The notes: generated by a model from the letters alone, not told the origin. 63,161 nucleotides of DNA, filler included, from Thermodesulfobacteriota bacterium (GCA_036381125.1; 4 parts of 4 records of this genome joined end to end with filler, not necessarily neighbours in it); one strand, 5' to 3'; counted from the first letter of the whole stretch, positions 27,722-42,115 are shown. Made by a program: numbers and translations.

Positions 27722-28810
27722 TTACTTCGCGAGCCAGGCGCTCCACCGTTCCAGCAGGCGCGCCCGGTTCTCGGACACCCACCGGTAGTCGATGGTCGCG
27801 ATGTTCCGCCAGTTGTCGGGATGTGTCGGCCGCGTCAACCGGTCGGGCTCCGGCAACAGGTCGAGGGCCTTCTGGTTCGACGTGTCGTAGTTGACCTCGC
27901 GGCTGAAGGCGAGGTGCGCCTCCGGCCGGCCCATGAAGAAGTCGAGGAACGCGAGCGCCGCCTTCGGGTGGGGCGCGCCGGCGAGGAGGCCCCACGGCGC
28001 CACGTCCTTGGGCGCCCCCTTCCACGAGACCTCGATCGGCACGCCGGCGGCCTTCAGGCTCAGCGCCCGCCCGGACCACATCATGGCCATCACGACCTCG
28101 CGCGAGCGCATGATCTGCTGGCTCTGGTCCCCGGTCCTCCACCACACCTTCACGTGAGGCTTGATCTCGTCGAGCTTCCGGAAGGCGCGGTCGAGGTCCA
28201 GGGGGAAGAGCCTGTCCGGCGGCACGCCGTCGGCCATCAGCGCGGCCATGAGCACCCACCACGGCGTGCCGGCGTCCATCAGGGCGCGCGGCCCTGGAAA
28301 GCGCTCCACGTCCCAGAAGTCGGCCCAGGTCTGGGGGGCCCGGCCGTGAGGAAACGCCTCGGCGTCGTAGGCGAGCACGCCGCCGCCGATCGTTCGCAGG
28401 AGGCTGTAGTCCTGGCAGGCACCCTCCACGCCGTACTTCCCGGCGTTGGGCAGGCGCCAGCAGTCGAGCTTCGCGAGGAACGCGCGATGGTCGAGGACGT
28501 CGGCAGGCCCCATCGAGACGATGTCCCACTCGATCCGGCCCACGCGGCTCATCGCCTTGACCTTCGCCCACTGCTCGTCGAGGTCCGCCGCGACCGACCG
28601 GATCGTCACGCCGGTCGCCCTGGTGAAGGGCTCGTAGAAGTGCCGCCTGAGCGCCCGCTCGAACGCGCCGCCGGTGGTCACGATGACCAGCTCCTTCTCG
28701 AGCGCCTCCGCGGCCCGCGACGGCCGGCCGCCGCCGAGCAGCGCGGCGGCGACGGCGCAGGTCACGAGCGCCCACGTCGAACTCCGCATGCTCAACGTTC
28801 GGTATCGCAT
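27722..28810 (-). CDS. orphan ABC substrate-binding protein (PotD/PotF-like family)
   Basis: TTGGAFE...PFTRATGV, TWADFWDVERFPGPRAL, ALMADGV and DLDRAFRKLDEIKP. No adjacent permease or ATPase. Confidence 0.85.
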   Translation of the reverse strand: MRYRTLSMRSSTWALVTCAVAAALLGGGRPSRAAEALEKELVIVTTGGAFERALRRHFYEPFTRATGVTIRSVAADLDEQWAKVKAMSRVGRIEWDIVSMGPADVLDHRAFLAKLDCWRLPNAGKYGVEGACQDYSLLRTIGGGVLAYDAEAFPHGRAPQTWADFWDVERFPGPRALMDAGTPWWVLMAALMADGVPPDRLFPLDLDRAFRKLDEIKPHVKVWWRTGDQSQQIMRSREVVMAMMWSGRALSLKAAGVPIEVSWKGAPKDVAPWGLLAGAPHPKAALAFLDFFMGRPEAHLAFSREVNYDTSNQKALDLLPEPDRLTRPTHPDNWRNIATIDYRWVSENRARLLERWSAWLAK

Positions 28811-29151
28811 GGCTCCTCCATGGCGCGGCCCGCGCGGCGGTCGCCGGCGATGCTCCCCCGACCGACCTCGGGCTTCGACGGGCCGAGCGACGACCCGGCC
28901 AAGCATGCGTCGATCGACCCCGACCCGGAAGGTCGATCGGCGGACGTGCGCGGTCTCGCGTCGGAAGCGGAGCTGTCTCGTCCTGTGGTGCCCGAAGCGA
29001 CCGGCGAGCTGCGAGGTGCGATGGGTTCTCTGTCGCAGGAGAGCGGCGCCGGGTGAGCGGCCGCGGGGTCTCGAAGAGCGGCTCACCCGACGATCGACCG
29101 TGCGGGACCGGGATCCGGACGCCCGGCCTTCGCCCGGTCGAGAACCGGACG

Positions 29152-29544
29152 CTACGGCTCGGCGGCGGCCGGGGCCGCGCGGGTCCCGGCGGGGGCCGGC
29201 GCGAGGACCGTCACCCGGCTGGCGACGTACCGGCCGCCGTCCTCCCGGTAGGTCACCCGGACCGACTCGCCGACCCGCAGGCTCGTCGCCTCCCGCCGCT
29301 CCCCGCCGGCCGCGAGCGTCGTGTCGGGCGTGCTGTAAATGGTGAGCCGTTCGCCGTTTCCGGCCCTCGTCCGCCGCTCGACGACGAACGACCGCGTCGC
29401 GGCGTCGACCGAGACGACCTCGCCGGTCGCGCGCAGGTACCGGACGCGCTCCGGCGGCCCTCCGGCCGTCATGGCCAGTGCCGGCACGGCGCAGAGGACG
29501 AGCAGGACGACGAGGATCGAGATGGGGCGCTTCGTGGCGCTCAT
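29152..29544 (-). CDS. small secreted OB-fold-like protein
   Basis: Signal peptide, then GEVVSVDAATRSFVV...LRVGESVRVTY...VASRVTV; AGGAGG RBS. Confidence 0.7.
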   Translation of the reverse strand: MSATKRPISILVVLLVLCAVPALAMTAGGPPERVRYLRATGEVVSVDAATRSFVVERRTRAGNGERLTIYSTPDTTLAAGGERREATSLRVGESVRVTYREDGGRYVASRVTVLAPAPAGTRAAPAAAEP

Positions 29545-29576
29545 GGCTGGTTGCACCTCCTTTCGCCCGAGGAGGG

Positions 29577-29592
29577 AGCAACCGGCGTGCCA
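29577..29592 (-). promoter_or_regulatory. consensus sigma54 promoter
   Basis: TGGCACGCCGGTTGCT matches TGGCAC-N5-TTGCW. Confidence 0.8.
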
Positions 29593-29620
29593 CCGGCGCC
29601 GCGGCGCGACGAGGCGTGCG

Positions 29621-30076
29621 TTACGCCGGCCGCCTCGGCACGAGGATCACGGCGATCTCCTCGAGGACCACCTCGCCGCGCTGGTTCGTCAGGACGTTGC
29701 GCAGCCGGACCACGCCCTGCTGCGGCCTCGAGCGCGAGACGCGCCGGTCGACCACCTCGCTGTCGAGCGCGAGCGTGTCTCCGGGCCGTACCGGGCGCGG
29801 CCAGGCGAGCGACTCGACACCCACCCCCACCGCGCCCCCGGCAAGCCGCGGCCCGCCGGTCACGAGGAGCCGCATGGCCAGGGCGGCGGTGTGCCAGCCG
29901 CTGGCGGCGAGCCCGCCGAAGACCGAGTCGCGCGCCGCCTCGGGGTCGGTGTGGAACGGCTGGGGATCGAACGCCTGCGCGAAGCGGACGATGTCCGCCT
30001 CGGTCACGGTGACCGACCCGGCGCGGAAGCGACGACCGGGTTCGAGGTCCTCGAAGTAGAGCGCCGCGTCACGCAT
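29621..30076 (-). CDS. MaoC-family dehydratase
   Basis: LYFEDLEPG, FDPQPFHTD, GLAASGWHT and PVRPGDTL. Confidence 0.9.
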   Translation of the reverse strand: MRDAALYFEDLEPGRRFRAGSVTVTEADIVRFAQAFDPQPFHTDPEAARDSVFGGLAASGWHTAALAMRLLVTGGPRLAGGAVGVGVESLAWPRPVRPGDTLALDSEVVDRRVSRSRPQQGVVRLRNVLTNQRGEVVLEEIAVILVPRRPA

Positions 30077-30163
30077 GTCGGGACGACCTCCGGAGACCCA
30101 GGGTAACACGGGCGGCGGCGCGATCCGCGGCCGCGATCACCGCCGCGCCGGCTCCGGAAGACC

Positions 30164-31309
30164 TCAGCGCCCGGGCTGGAGCCAGAGCGTGAAGCCGGGA
30201 ACGTAGGTCGTCAGGACGAGCACGATCAGCATGACGACGATCTGGGGCCAGATCGCGCGCGAGACCCGGCCGAGGCCGAGCCCCGAGATCGCCATCCCGA
30301 CGAAGAGGCAGTAGCCGATCGGTGGAGCCGCCATGCCGATGGCGACGTTCGTCACGATGATCGCCCCGAAGTGGATGGGGTCGACGCCGAACCTCGAGGC
30401 GACGGCGATGAGCAGCGGCCCGAGGATCACCATGATGGCGATCTCGTCCAGGACGGCCGCGAGCAGGAAGAAGGCGACGTTGAGGCCCGCCAGCGCCGCC
30501 CACCGCTCGTCGACGTGCTCGGCGAGCCAGGTCGCGAAGCGCACCGCCACCTGCTCCTGCGCGACGAGGACGCCGAAGCCGGCCGAGACGGCGATGATGG
30601 ACGTGACGATGGCGCTCGTCCCGACCGCCTTGAGCACGATCCGGGGCAGGCCGGCGAGCGTGAGCCGGCGCTCGACGAACAGGCCGACGACGAGCGCGTA
30701 GACGCAGCTCATGCCGGCCGCCTCGGTCGGCGTGAAGACGCCGCCGTAGATGCCGCCGAGGACGAAGACCGGCGAGAGGAGCGCCCACCTGCCGCGGGCG
30801 AAGGCCGTCCGGGTCTCCGACCAGCCGGCCCGTGCCTGCCGCGGCACGCCGCGGCGCCTCGCGTGGACGTAGCAGACGACGAGCAGCCCCGCCGCGATCG
30901 AGAGGCCCGGGATGACGCCCGAGAGGAAGAGGCGCCCGATCGACTCCTCGGCCACGACGCCCCAGATCACGAAGGCGATGGAGGGGGGGATGAGCGGCCC
31001 GAGCACCCCGGCGCTGACCGCGATCGCGACGGCGAAGCCCTTGTCGTAGCCCGCCTCCACCATGGCCGGCACCAGGATGGTGCCGATGGCCGCCGTCGTG
31101 GCCGGCGCGGAGCCGGAGATGGCGGAGAAGACGAGCGCCGCGAGCACCGTCACCATGGCGAGCCCGCCGGTCCTGTGACGCACGAGGACGCCGGCGACGC
31201 CGACGAGCCGCTGCGAGAGCCCCCCGGCCGTCATGAGCTGACCGGCCAGCATGAAGAGCGGGATCGCGAGCAGGCTGAAGGACTGGGAGCCCGCGATGAG
31301 CTGCTGGGC
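30164..31309 (-). pseudogene. TRAP transporter large permease (DctM), 5'-truncated and orphan
   Basis: Homology begins abruptly at QQLIAGSQSFSLLAIPLFMLAG and includes ISGSAPAT, LIPPSI, GVFTPTEA and DPIHFG. No dctP or dctQ nearby. Confidence 0.75.
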
Positions 31310-31450
31310 CCGGCCGGGGCGCCGGCCGGGGGGCCGGCGGCAGCCGAGAACAGCGTTTTTCTATCATACAGGCAACGGGGCCGGGCGGGCGATCCCGGCG
31401 GCCCGGGCCGTGGACGGCGGCCCGGGGGCGTGCGACGATCGGCGATAGCC

Positions 31451-32380
31451 ATGCGGAACCTCGCGATCCTCCTCGTGCTGGCCGCCCTCCTCCCGGGGCC
31501 TGCCCACGCGGCGTGGCTGCTCGAGCGTGCCGACCTGCCCGACGGGACGGCCAGCCTCTGGGCGACCGTCGACGCCGCCGAGTCGCCCCGGACGGCGCTC
31601 GGGACCTCGATGCCCGGCCGCCTCCGGCTGGGCTGCCAGCGGGGGGACGACCCTCCCGGCGCCTTCGGCGTCCGGCTCGGCTGGCGTCCGGCGGCGCCGG
31701 TGGGGCAACACCCGACCGTTCGCTACCGCGTCGACGACGGGCCGGCGGTCGAGGAGGTCTGGACGGCCTCGGAGGGCGGCGACGAGGCGGTCCGGACCGG
31801 CGGGGACCACCTCGACCTGGTGGCGGCGCTCGCGCGCGGCCGCACGGTCGATCTCGAGGTCGCCGTCGCCGGGACCGCGGCGCTCGCCTGGCGGATCGAC
31901 GTCGCGGCGGCGCGGCCGGCGCTGATGCGGGTGCTCGCGTACTGCGCAGGAGTGCCGTTCGACGAGACGCTGACCGTGGACGCCCTGGTCGGCCACTGGC
32001 GCGAGGCCGCGGAGGTACGGGCGCGGGCGCTGCGCGAGGCCCGGGCCCGCATCCGCGAGGCGGCGGCGGCCCGCGAGCGGGCGCTCGAGACCTACGCCGA
32101 GACGGTGCGCCGGGCGGTGACCGCGTACTGGGTGCCCCCGGAGCGCCGGACCCGCCGGGCGGCGCGGGTCTCGCTCACCGTGGCGCGCAGCGGCCGCGTC
32201 CTGGCCGCCGGGCTTGCGGAGCTGTCGGGCGACGGGGCCTTCGACTGGTCGATCGTGAGCGCGCTCGACAAGGCGCTGGAGGCCGGACTTCCCCCGCTGC
32301 CGCCGGAGGTGGAGGGCGAGCGGCTCGAGATGGAGGTCGTCCTCCGCCTGCCGGCGCCCGGCCGGCGCCGCGGCCGATGA
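31451..32380 (+). CDS. secreted protein with C-terminal TonB/TolA-like domain
   Basis: Signal peptide MRNLAILLVLAALLPGPAHA and C-terminal VRRAVTAYWVPP...LSGDGAFDWSIVSAL...LPPLP. Confidence 0.7.
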   Translation: MRNLAILLVLAALLPGPAHAAWLLERADLPDGTASLWATVDAAESPRTALGTSMPGRLRLGCQRGDDPPGAFGVRLGWRPAAPVGQHPTVRYRVDDGPAVEEVWTASEGGDEAVRTGGDHLDLVAALARGRTVDLEVAVAGTAALAWRIDVAAARPALMRVLAYCAGVPFDETLTVDALVGHWREAAEVRARALREARARIREAAAARERALETYAETVRRAVTAYWVPPERRTRRAARVSLTVARSGRVLAAGLAELSGDGAFDWSIVSALDKALEAGLPPLPPEVEGERLEMEVVLRLPAPGRRRGR

Positions 32381-32532
32381 GGCCGCGGGGTGAACCCAGT
32401 CATCCGGGACGCGACAGTGGTATCCTGAGGCGACACCGGGTCAGCACTGATCGCACCGATCCGGCGGGCCTGTGCCGGGTCGCGGGCTTACGTCCGCCGG
32501 ATGGATCGCACGATCGTACGGGACGGGGGGCG

Positions 32533-33201
32533 ATGCTGCCGAAATCGTCGGTCGGGAAGAAGATCGTGATGGCCGTGACGGGCCTCCTCCTGGTGGGCTT
32601 CGTCATCGGCCACATGGCGGGCAACCTGAAGATCTACACGGGCCGGGAGTCGTTCAACGCCTACGCCCTGGCCCTGCGCGAGTTCGGCGCGGACTTCCTC
32701 GGCTACTCGGGCGCGCTCTGGATCGCCCGCGTCGTGCTCCTGGTGGCCGTGGTGCTCCACATCGCGTCGGCCTACCAGTTGACGCGGCAGAGCCACGCGG
32801 CGCGGCCGGTCCGGTACGTGCAGGCGAAACCGCCCGACAACTACGCCGCCCGCACCATGCGGTGGGGCGGGGTGATCATCCTCCTCTTCATCGTCTATCA
32901 CCTGCTGCACTTCACGTTCGGCGCGGTCGGGTACGCGCCCGGACAGTTCGTCCCCATGGACGTCTACGGCAACGTCGTGACCGGCTTCCGCGTCTGGTAC
33001 GTCTCGCTCTTCTACATCCTCGCCATGGTGGCGCTCGGCTTCCACCTGTCCCACGGCGTCTCGAGCATGTTGCGGACGCTCGGGGTCGAGGCCCGCCGGA
33101 CGGGGCGCGCCCTGAACGCCCTCGGGCCGATCGTGGCCGCGATCGTCGTGGCGGGCAACGTCTCGGTGCCGCTGGCCGTCATGACCGGACTCATCGGGTA
33201 A
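32533..33201 (+). CDS. sdhC: succinate dehydrogenase/fumarate reductase cytochrome b subunit
   Basis: [20 protein letters not shown], heme-ligand His residues, and position upstream of sdhA. Confidence 0.92.
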   Translation: MLPKSSVGKKIVMAVTGLLLVGFVIGHMAGNLKIYTGRESFNAYALALREFGADFLGYSGALWIARVVLLVAVVLHIASAYQLTRQSHAARPVRYVQAKPPDNYAARTMRWGGVIILLFIVYHLLHFTFGAVGYAPGQFVPMDVYGNVVTGFRVWYVSLFYILAMVALGFHLSHGVSSMLRTLGVEARRTGRALNALGPIVAAIVVAGNVSVPLAVMTGLIG

Positions 33202-33211
33202 GGAGGCGCAC

Positions 33212-35152
<1,941 letters not shown>

Positions 35153-35159
35153 GGTCAAC

Positions 35160-35936
35160 GTGGAGTTCACGCTGAGGGTCTGGCGCCAGCGCGACCGGAA
35201 CGACCCGGGCCGGCTGGTCACGTACAAGGCCACCGACGTCAACCCGGACATGTCGTTCCTCGAGATGCTCGACGTGGTCAACCAGCAGCTCGTCGCCCGC
35301 GGCGAGGAGCCGATCGCCTTCGCGCACGACTGCCGCGAGGGGATCTGCGGCTCGTGCGGCTTCGTCATCAACGGGCGCGCCCACGGACCGGGGCGAGGGA
35401 CCGCCGTCTGCCAGCTCCACATGCGCAGCTTCAAGAGCGGCGAGACGCTCACGCTCGAGCCGTGGCGGGCGAAGGCGTTCCCGGTCATCCGGGACCTCGT
35501 GGTCGACCGGAGGGCGCTCGACCGGATCATCGAGGCCGGCGGCTACATCACGGTCAACACCGGCAGCGCGCCCGAGGCCAACACGATCCCCGTGCCGAAG
35601 CCCAACGCCGACCGGGCCTTCGACGCCGCCCAGTGCATCCAGTGCGGCGCCTGCGTGGCGGCCTGCCCCAACGCGTCGGCCATGCTCTTCGTCTCGTCCA
35701 AGGTGTCCCACCTCGGGCTCCTGCCCCAGGGCCAGCCCGAGCGCGACACGCGCGTCCTGCGCATGGTGGCGGCGCACGACCGCGAGGGCTTCGGCAACTG
35801 CACCTTCTACGGGGAGTGCGAGGCGGTCTGCCCGAAGGAGATCAGCATCGGCTTCATCTCCCGCCTCAACCGCGACTTCATGGCCGCCTCGCGGCGCGCC
35901 AACGGCGCGGGGCCGGCCAAGGACGACGCGGCGTAG
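35160..35936 (+). CDS. sdhB: succinate dehydrogenase/fumarate reductase Fe-S subunit
   Basis: [21 protein letters not shown] and [12 protein letters not shown]. Confidence 0.95.
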   Translation: MEFTLRVWRQRDRNDPGRLVTYKATDVNPDMSFLEMLDVVNQQLVARGEEPIAFAHDCREGICGSCGFVINGRAHGPGRGTAVCQLHMRSFKSGETLTLEPWRAKAFPVIRDLVVDRRALDRIIEAGGYITVNTGSAPEANTIPVPKPNADRAFDAAQCIQCGACVAACPNASAMLFVSSKVSHLGLLPQGQPERDTRVLRMVAAHDREGFGNCTFYGECEAVCPKEISIGFISRLNRDFMAASRRANGAGPAKDDAA

Positions 35937-36058
35937 GAGCCGGGAGGGGGCCACGCCCCCTCCTTTCGCCGATCGGCTCGATAGGCCGGAACGCGCCAGA
36001 CCCCACTCCGTATCTGGTACCATCCGTTCGGGACCCGCAACCCCGAACGGAGGCATGC

Positions 36059-37710
<1,652 letters not shown>

Positions 37711-37714
<4 letters not shown>

Positions 37715-38257
37715 GGCGCCCCGGTCGCGGCCTCTCGACCGAGGCGCGCCGGGGGTGGGACGACCTCACGGCGCTCGCGCTCGACCTCCGGTGGGCCTGG
37801 GACCACGCGGAGGACGCGCTCTGGGGGCGGATCGAGCCGGAGCTGTGGACGCTCACCCACAACGCGTGGGCCGTGCTGCAGACGGCCTCGCTGACGCGCC
37901 TGCACGAGATCTGCACCGACCCCGACCTGCGCGCCAGGGCCACGGCGATGATCGAGGCGCGGCGCCGCTACCTCGGGCGCGACACCTGGTTCGCCCGCGC
38001 CCACCCCGACTCGCCGCTCACGACGGTCGCCTACTTCAGCCTCGAGTTCCTGCTGAGCGAGGCGCTGCCGATCTACGCGGGCGGGCTCGGCAACGTGGCC
38101 GGCGACCAGCTCAAGGCCGCGAGCGACCTGGGGGTCCCGGTCGTCGGCGTGGGATTGCTGTACCAGCAAGGCTACTTCCGCCAGGCGATCGACGAGGACG
38201 GGGCGCAACAGGCCCTGTTTCCGTACAACGACCCGGGGCAACTGCCGATCACGCCGC
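37711..38257 (+). CDS. glgP: alpha-glucan phosphorylase, N-terminal part (contig end)
   Basis: [42 protein letters not shown]. Confidence 0.9.
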
Positions 38258-38357
38258 NNNNNNNNNNNNNNNNNNNNNNNNNNNNNNNNNNNNNNNNNNN
38301 NTTAATTAATTAANNNNNNNNNNNNNNNNNNNNNNNNNNNNNNNNNNNNNNNNNNNN
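38258..38357. other. assembly spacer (contig join)
   Basis: N run with the TTAATTAATTAA linker. Confidence 0.99.
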
Positions 38358-39720
38358 CCCCGCCTCCGGCGTCCACGAGATCGACCGGCTCCGGAACGGG
38401 GAGGAGACGCAGGGCGAGGGCGGCCGGCGCCGGCCCCAACGGCTCGCGGCCGCCGTCCGCGCCATCGACGGCGGGCAGGCCGCCGTCCGCTCCACGGCTG
38501 CCCGGCGCCGCCAGTTCCTCGACCCGTGCCGGCACCCACGCCACTCGCTCCTCGGGCAGGAACCGCGCGGCCAGCGTCGGGCGGACGACCGATCCCGCCC
38601 CGAAGGCCGCCTCGAGTCGCGCGAGGGCCCGGGCAAGGGCCGCCTCCCCCTCGTCCTGCCGCCGCGCGTAGAGGCGGAGCTGGCGGGCCACGGCCGGAGC
38701 CACCTTCGAGGCGACCACCCGCACCGATCGCAGGGGGGCCGGGAAGGGGGTGCGCTCGAGCCAGAGCCGCACGAGGTCCAGGAGAGACCGGGCGTCGAGC
38801 GTCGGCTCGGCGGGCGCGAGGCGGTGGACCACCTTCGTCCGCTCGGCGTCCTCGAGGTCGGCCTCGATGGTCATCTCGGCCAGGGCCAGGCGGGCCCCGG
38901 CCACCCGGTCGAGGAGGCCGTCCACGAGCCCCTTCAGGAGGAAGAGGAGCGGCTCGAGCGACTCGACCGGGCTCTCGAGGTCGAGCGCGGCGTCGGCCGG
39001 GTCGCGCGGCAGGGCCGCCGCGGTGGGGCGCGTCCCGGGAGCGAGCCACTCCCCGCGGCAGAGCCGCTCGAGCCGCTCGCCCTCGGGTCCCAGGCGGCGG
39101 GCGAGCGTGCCGCGCGGCAGCCGCGCGATCTCGCCGGCGGCCGTGATGCCGAGCAGCTCGAGGAGCGCCCGTGCCTGGTCGCCGAGGTCGAGTTCGGCCA
39201 CGGCGACCGCCGCGAGCAGCCTCGCGTCGCCGCCCGGAGCGATCGGCCCCAGATCGCGCCGCGCCGCGATCCATGCCGCGAAGGGGTGTCCCGCCACGGC
39301 CACCCGCGCCGGCAGCCCGAGCGCGGCGAGCGCCCCGCGAACCCGGGTGGCGTAGTCGCGCTCGTCGGCGATCAGGCGGTCCATCCCGGCGAGGCCGAGG
39401 AAGAAGGCGCCGCGGTGGTCGGTGGCGAGCCTGGGGGCGTGAGCGGCCAGGACGCCGAGCGCCTCCGCCTCGGCCGCCGCGCGCTCCTCGGGGAGCGGCG
39501 GGTGGGCGGCGAGCCCCGCGCAGAGCACGCTCGCCTGGGCGAGCGTCATGCCGGGCCGAACGCCGGCCCGTTCGGCGGCGGGCGTCGCCTCGCGGACGAG
39601 GACCGGCGACTCGGCCAGGTCGGCGATGACGACCGGCCGCCGCCAGAGCGAAGGCCCCTCGCGCCGGGCGAGGAGGACCAGCTCAAACCGTGGTATCCAG
39701 GCGCAGGCGGTCCGGGTCAT
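38358..39720 (-). CDS. imuB: ImuB, inactive Y-family polymerase-like protein (3' end at contig edge)
   Basis: MTRTACAWIPRFEL..., AERAGVRPGMTLAQA, LGITAAGEIARLP, the clamp-like motif RQLRLY and LARLEAAFG. No catalytic acidic motifs. Confidence 0.85.
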
Positions 39721-40558
39721 GGTGCGGGGCGACGAACGTGCGGCCGCCCGGGCCGCGCTTGTACCGGGCGACGCCCACCTCGAGGACGGGCGAGTCGTGG
39801 CGCCGGCGGACCGCGAGGCGCAGGCCCACGAGCGCGCCGATCGAGGCGGCCCCCTCGGGCCGCCCGGAGAGGAAGACGAGGACCGCACCGCCGCGCTCGG
39901 CGAGACGGTGCAGGCGCGTGACGCGCGCCTCGCGCGGGCCCGCGCGGGAGACGAGGTCCACGACGACCAGGTCGACCGCGCCGGCCGTGCCGAGGAGGAT
40001 GTCGGCCGCACGGCAGGCGGCGTCGTCGTCCGGTGTGCGGACGACCACGAGACGGTCCACCGGACCGCCCGCCTCGAGGGGGACGAGCGGCCAGAAGCCG
40101 GCGCCCGGGTCCACCCAGGCGGCGCGCCCACCGGCCGCGAGGACGCCCTGCGCCATGCCGAGGGCGAGCGTGGCCTTCCCCGAGGAGACCCCACCGCAGA
40201 CCTCCACCACCTCGCCTCGCGGCAGCCCTCCGCCGAGGAACCGGTCGAGGTCGGCAAGCCCCGTCGGCAGACGCTCGACGGGGGCGAGCGGCCCCGGCGC
40301 CGGCAGCGGTACGGGCGGCCGCGGGCGGGCGGCGACCGCCGCCGGCGCGGCCTCGTCGTCGCGCACCACCACGAGCGGCGGGCGGACCGCCATCCGCTCC
40401 GGCCCCGGCGCGGGGGCCCCACGGAACCGGAGGTTCCGCGGGGTGCCGTTGCCGGGCGCCGCTGCCGGCGCCGACCTCGAGGAGACCGCCCGGAAGGCGG
40501 CCCGCGCCACCGCGCGCGGCACCGGCGCGAAGAGGGAGAGCTGGGCGGCCGCGCTCAT
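39683..40558 (-). CDS. imuA: ImuA (RecA-like mutasome accessory protein)
   Basis: LPTGLADLDRFLGGGLPRGEVVEVCGGVSSGKAT, AAWVDP and DLVVVD. Overlaps the imuB start. Confidence 0.82.
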   Translation of the reverse strand: MSAAAQLSLFAPVPRAVARAAFRAVSSRSAPAAAPGNGTPRNLRFRGAPAPGPERMAVRPPLVVVRDDEAAPAAVAARPRPPVPLPAPGPLAPVERLPTGLADLDRFLGGGLPRGEVVEVCGGVSSGKATLALGMAQGVLAAGGRAAWVDPGAGFWPLVPLEAGGPVDRLVVVRTPDDDAACRAADILLGTAGAVDLVVVDLVSRAGPREARVTRLHRLAERGGAVLVFLSGRPEGAASIGALVGLRLAVRRRHDSPVLEVGVARYKRGPGGRTFVAPHHDPDRLRLDTTV

Positions 40559-40621
40559 CGCCCGCTCCATCGAATATGGCTCGGGTATGGCGGAGTATGG
40601 TACGCTGCCTGCGTGGTCAAG

Positions 40622-40903
40622 ATGACGTTCACCCTCGACGACGAGACCGTCCGGCGCCTGCGCGAGCTGGCCGCCCGGCTCGACCGCCCGCAGAGCTACG
40701 TGGTGCGGGAGGCCATCCGGGAGTACGGCACGCGGGGCAGCGCCTCCGGCAAGCTGAGCGAGACGGAGCGCGCGCGGCTGCTCTACATCATGGACCACCT
40801 CCTGCCGAAGCTTCCGAAGCGACCCCAGAAGGAAGCCGATGCCGAACTGCGGGAGATCCGCCGGGCCAGGCGCCACGGCGGGCGGCTCCACCCGGTCGAA
40901 TGA
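40622..40903 (+). CDS. vapB: ribbon-helix-helix (CopG) antitoxin, VapB-type
   Basis: MTFTLDDETVRRLRELAARLDRPQSYVVREAI; ATGA overlap with the PIN gene. Confidence 0.85.
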   Translation: MTFTLDDETVRRLRELAARLDRPQSYVVREAIREYGTRGSASGKLSETERARLLYIMDHLLPKLPKRPQKEADAELREIRRARRHGGRLHPVE

Positions 40904-41271
40904 TCCACCTCGACACGTCGGCGCTCGTCGGTGCGATCGCCGGCGAACGGCCTGCGGAGTCTCGCCTGTACGAGTTGATCGATCGCGGCGAGCAGATCTC
41001 GATCAGCTCACCCGTCCTCTACGAATGGCTCCGCGGGCCTCGACGGCCCGGGGAGCTGACGATCCAGGAGGCGCTCTTCCCGCCGGAAACCGTCGTGGCC
41101 TTCGGGCCCCTGGAGGCGGCGCTCGCCGCCGATCTCTACCGGAAGGTGAGGCGCGCCCGACTGCGGACCGTCGACCTGGTCGTCGCCGCCTGCGCCATCT
41201 CGCACGGCGCCGCGCTCTGGACCCTGAACCCGAAGGACTTCCGGGACATCCCGGGGCTCGTGCTCGTTTGA
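40900..41271 (+). CDS. vapC: PIN-domain toxin, VapC-type
   Basis: MIHLDTSALV, VLYEWLRG, VDLVVAACA and LWTLNPKDF. Confidence 0.9.
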   Translation: MIHLDTSALVGAIAGERPAESRLYELIDRGEQISISSPVLYEWLRGPRRPGELTIQEALFPPETVVAFGPLEAALAADLYRKVRRARLRTVDLVVAACAISHGAALWTLNPKDFRDIPGLVLV

Positions 41272-41290
41272 GATCGAGGCCATTCGTGTC

Positions 41291-41467
41291 ATGCCGATGC
41301 GGCAACCGCCCAAGAAGATGAGTCCGAAGGAGACTCGCCGGATGCTCGCCCTGTCCGACAGGTTCGTCGCGACGATTCCTCCGAGGCCGCGCGAAGAGGT
41401 CGAAGCCGATCTCCGGGAGATCCGCCTGGCGAGGCGGCACGGCGGCCGCCGCCACCCTGTCTCCTAG
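41291..41467 (+). CDS. 58-aa paralogue of the antitoxin C-terminal half
   Basis: MPMRQPPKKMSPKETRRMLALSDRFVATIPPRPREEVEADLREIRLARRHGGRRHPVS* aligns with VapB LSETERARLL...PKRPQKEADAELREIRRARRHGGRLHPVE. Confidence 0.7.
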   Translation: MPMRQPPKKMSPKETRRMLALSDRFVATIPPRPREEVEADLREIRLARRHGGRRHPVS

Positions 41468-41470
41468 CCC

Positions 41471-42079
41471 CTACCCCACCTTCCGCATCTCCGCCGTGAC
41501 CGGCCGGTCGTCGTCGAACCGGAGGTGGAGGTCGGCCATGGCGGCTATCCGCGGGACGAAGGCCGCGCGGGGGCCGCGGGCCGCGACCGCCGGCAGGTCG
41601 GGGCAGACGACGAGAGCCGAGCGCGGGGGGGCGCCGAGCGTCGCGAGGGCGCGCACGATGCGGTCGAGGAGGTCGCCCTCCTCGGCCCACATGAGGTCGT
41701 CGCGGCCGAGGAGATCGAGCGGCCCGAGGAGCAGCGTGTGCCTGCCGGCCTCCTGTACCGCGTCGGCCGACGCGGCCTCGAGGAAGGCGGCCACCTGATA
41801 GGGAGTGGCCGCGTACGCCACGTGGACGCGGGCGGCGAGGTCGCGCGGCGCCTCGCCGGTGAAGCCGGCAACCTCGGTGAGACAGGCGGCGTCCACGCAC
41901 CCCGCGCCGTCCACCACCACCAGGGGCGAGGGGGGCGCGACGCGCGCGACGAGCCAGGCGAAGCCGGCCGCAAGCAGGCTGCGCGGCCCCGTGAGGAGCC
42001 GGAGGCCTGGATCGGCCAGCATGGCGAGAGGATCTCGGGTCACGACGGGGAAACGCGACGCGGTCAGGACCAGGTCCAT
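41471..42079 (-). CDS. degenerate RecA/RadA-fold protein lacking Walker A
   Basis: [11 protein letters not shown]...[16 protein letters not shown] resembles the Rad51/RadA 'YIDTE...L.NI.VARA.T..Q' segment. GAGG RBS; co-oriented with imuAB. Confidence 0.6.
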   Translation of the reverse strand: MDLVLTASRFPVVTRDPLAMLADPGLRLLTGPRSLLAAGFAWLVARVAPPSPLVVVDGAGCVDAACLTEVAGFTGEAPRDLAARVHVAYAATPYQVAAFLEAASADAVQEAGRHTLLLGPLDLLGRDDLMWAEEGDLLDRIVRALATLGAPPRSALVVCPDLPAVAARGPRAAFVPRIAAMADLHLRFDDDRPVTAEMRKVG

Positions 42080-42115
42080 GCCTCACCTCTCTCACCACAC
42101 CAAGCAAGCAGGGCC

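Noticed and set aside
28811-29150. Long hairpin-rich leader upstream of the orphan SBP as a possible riboswitch
   Set aside because: Stems are present, but I could not match the conserved motifs of any known riboswitch. Hairpins are expected at this GC content, and an Infernal/Rfam search would be needed.
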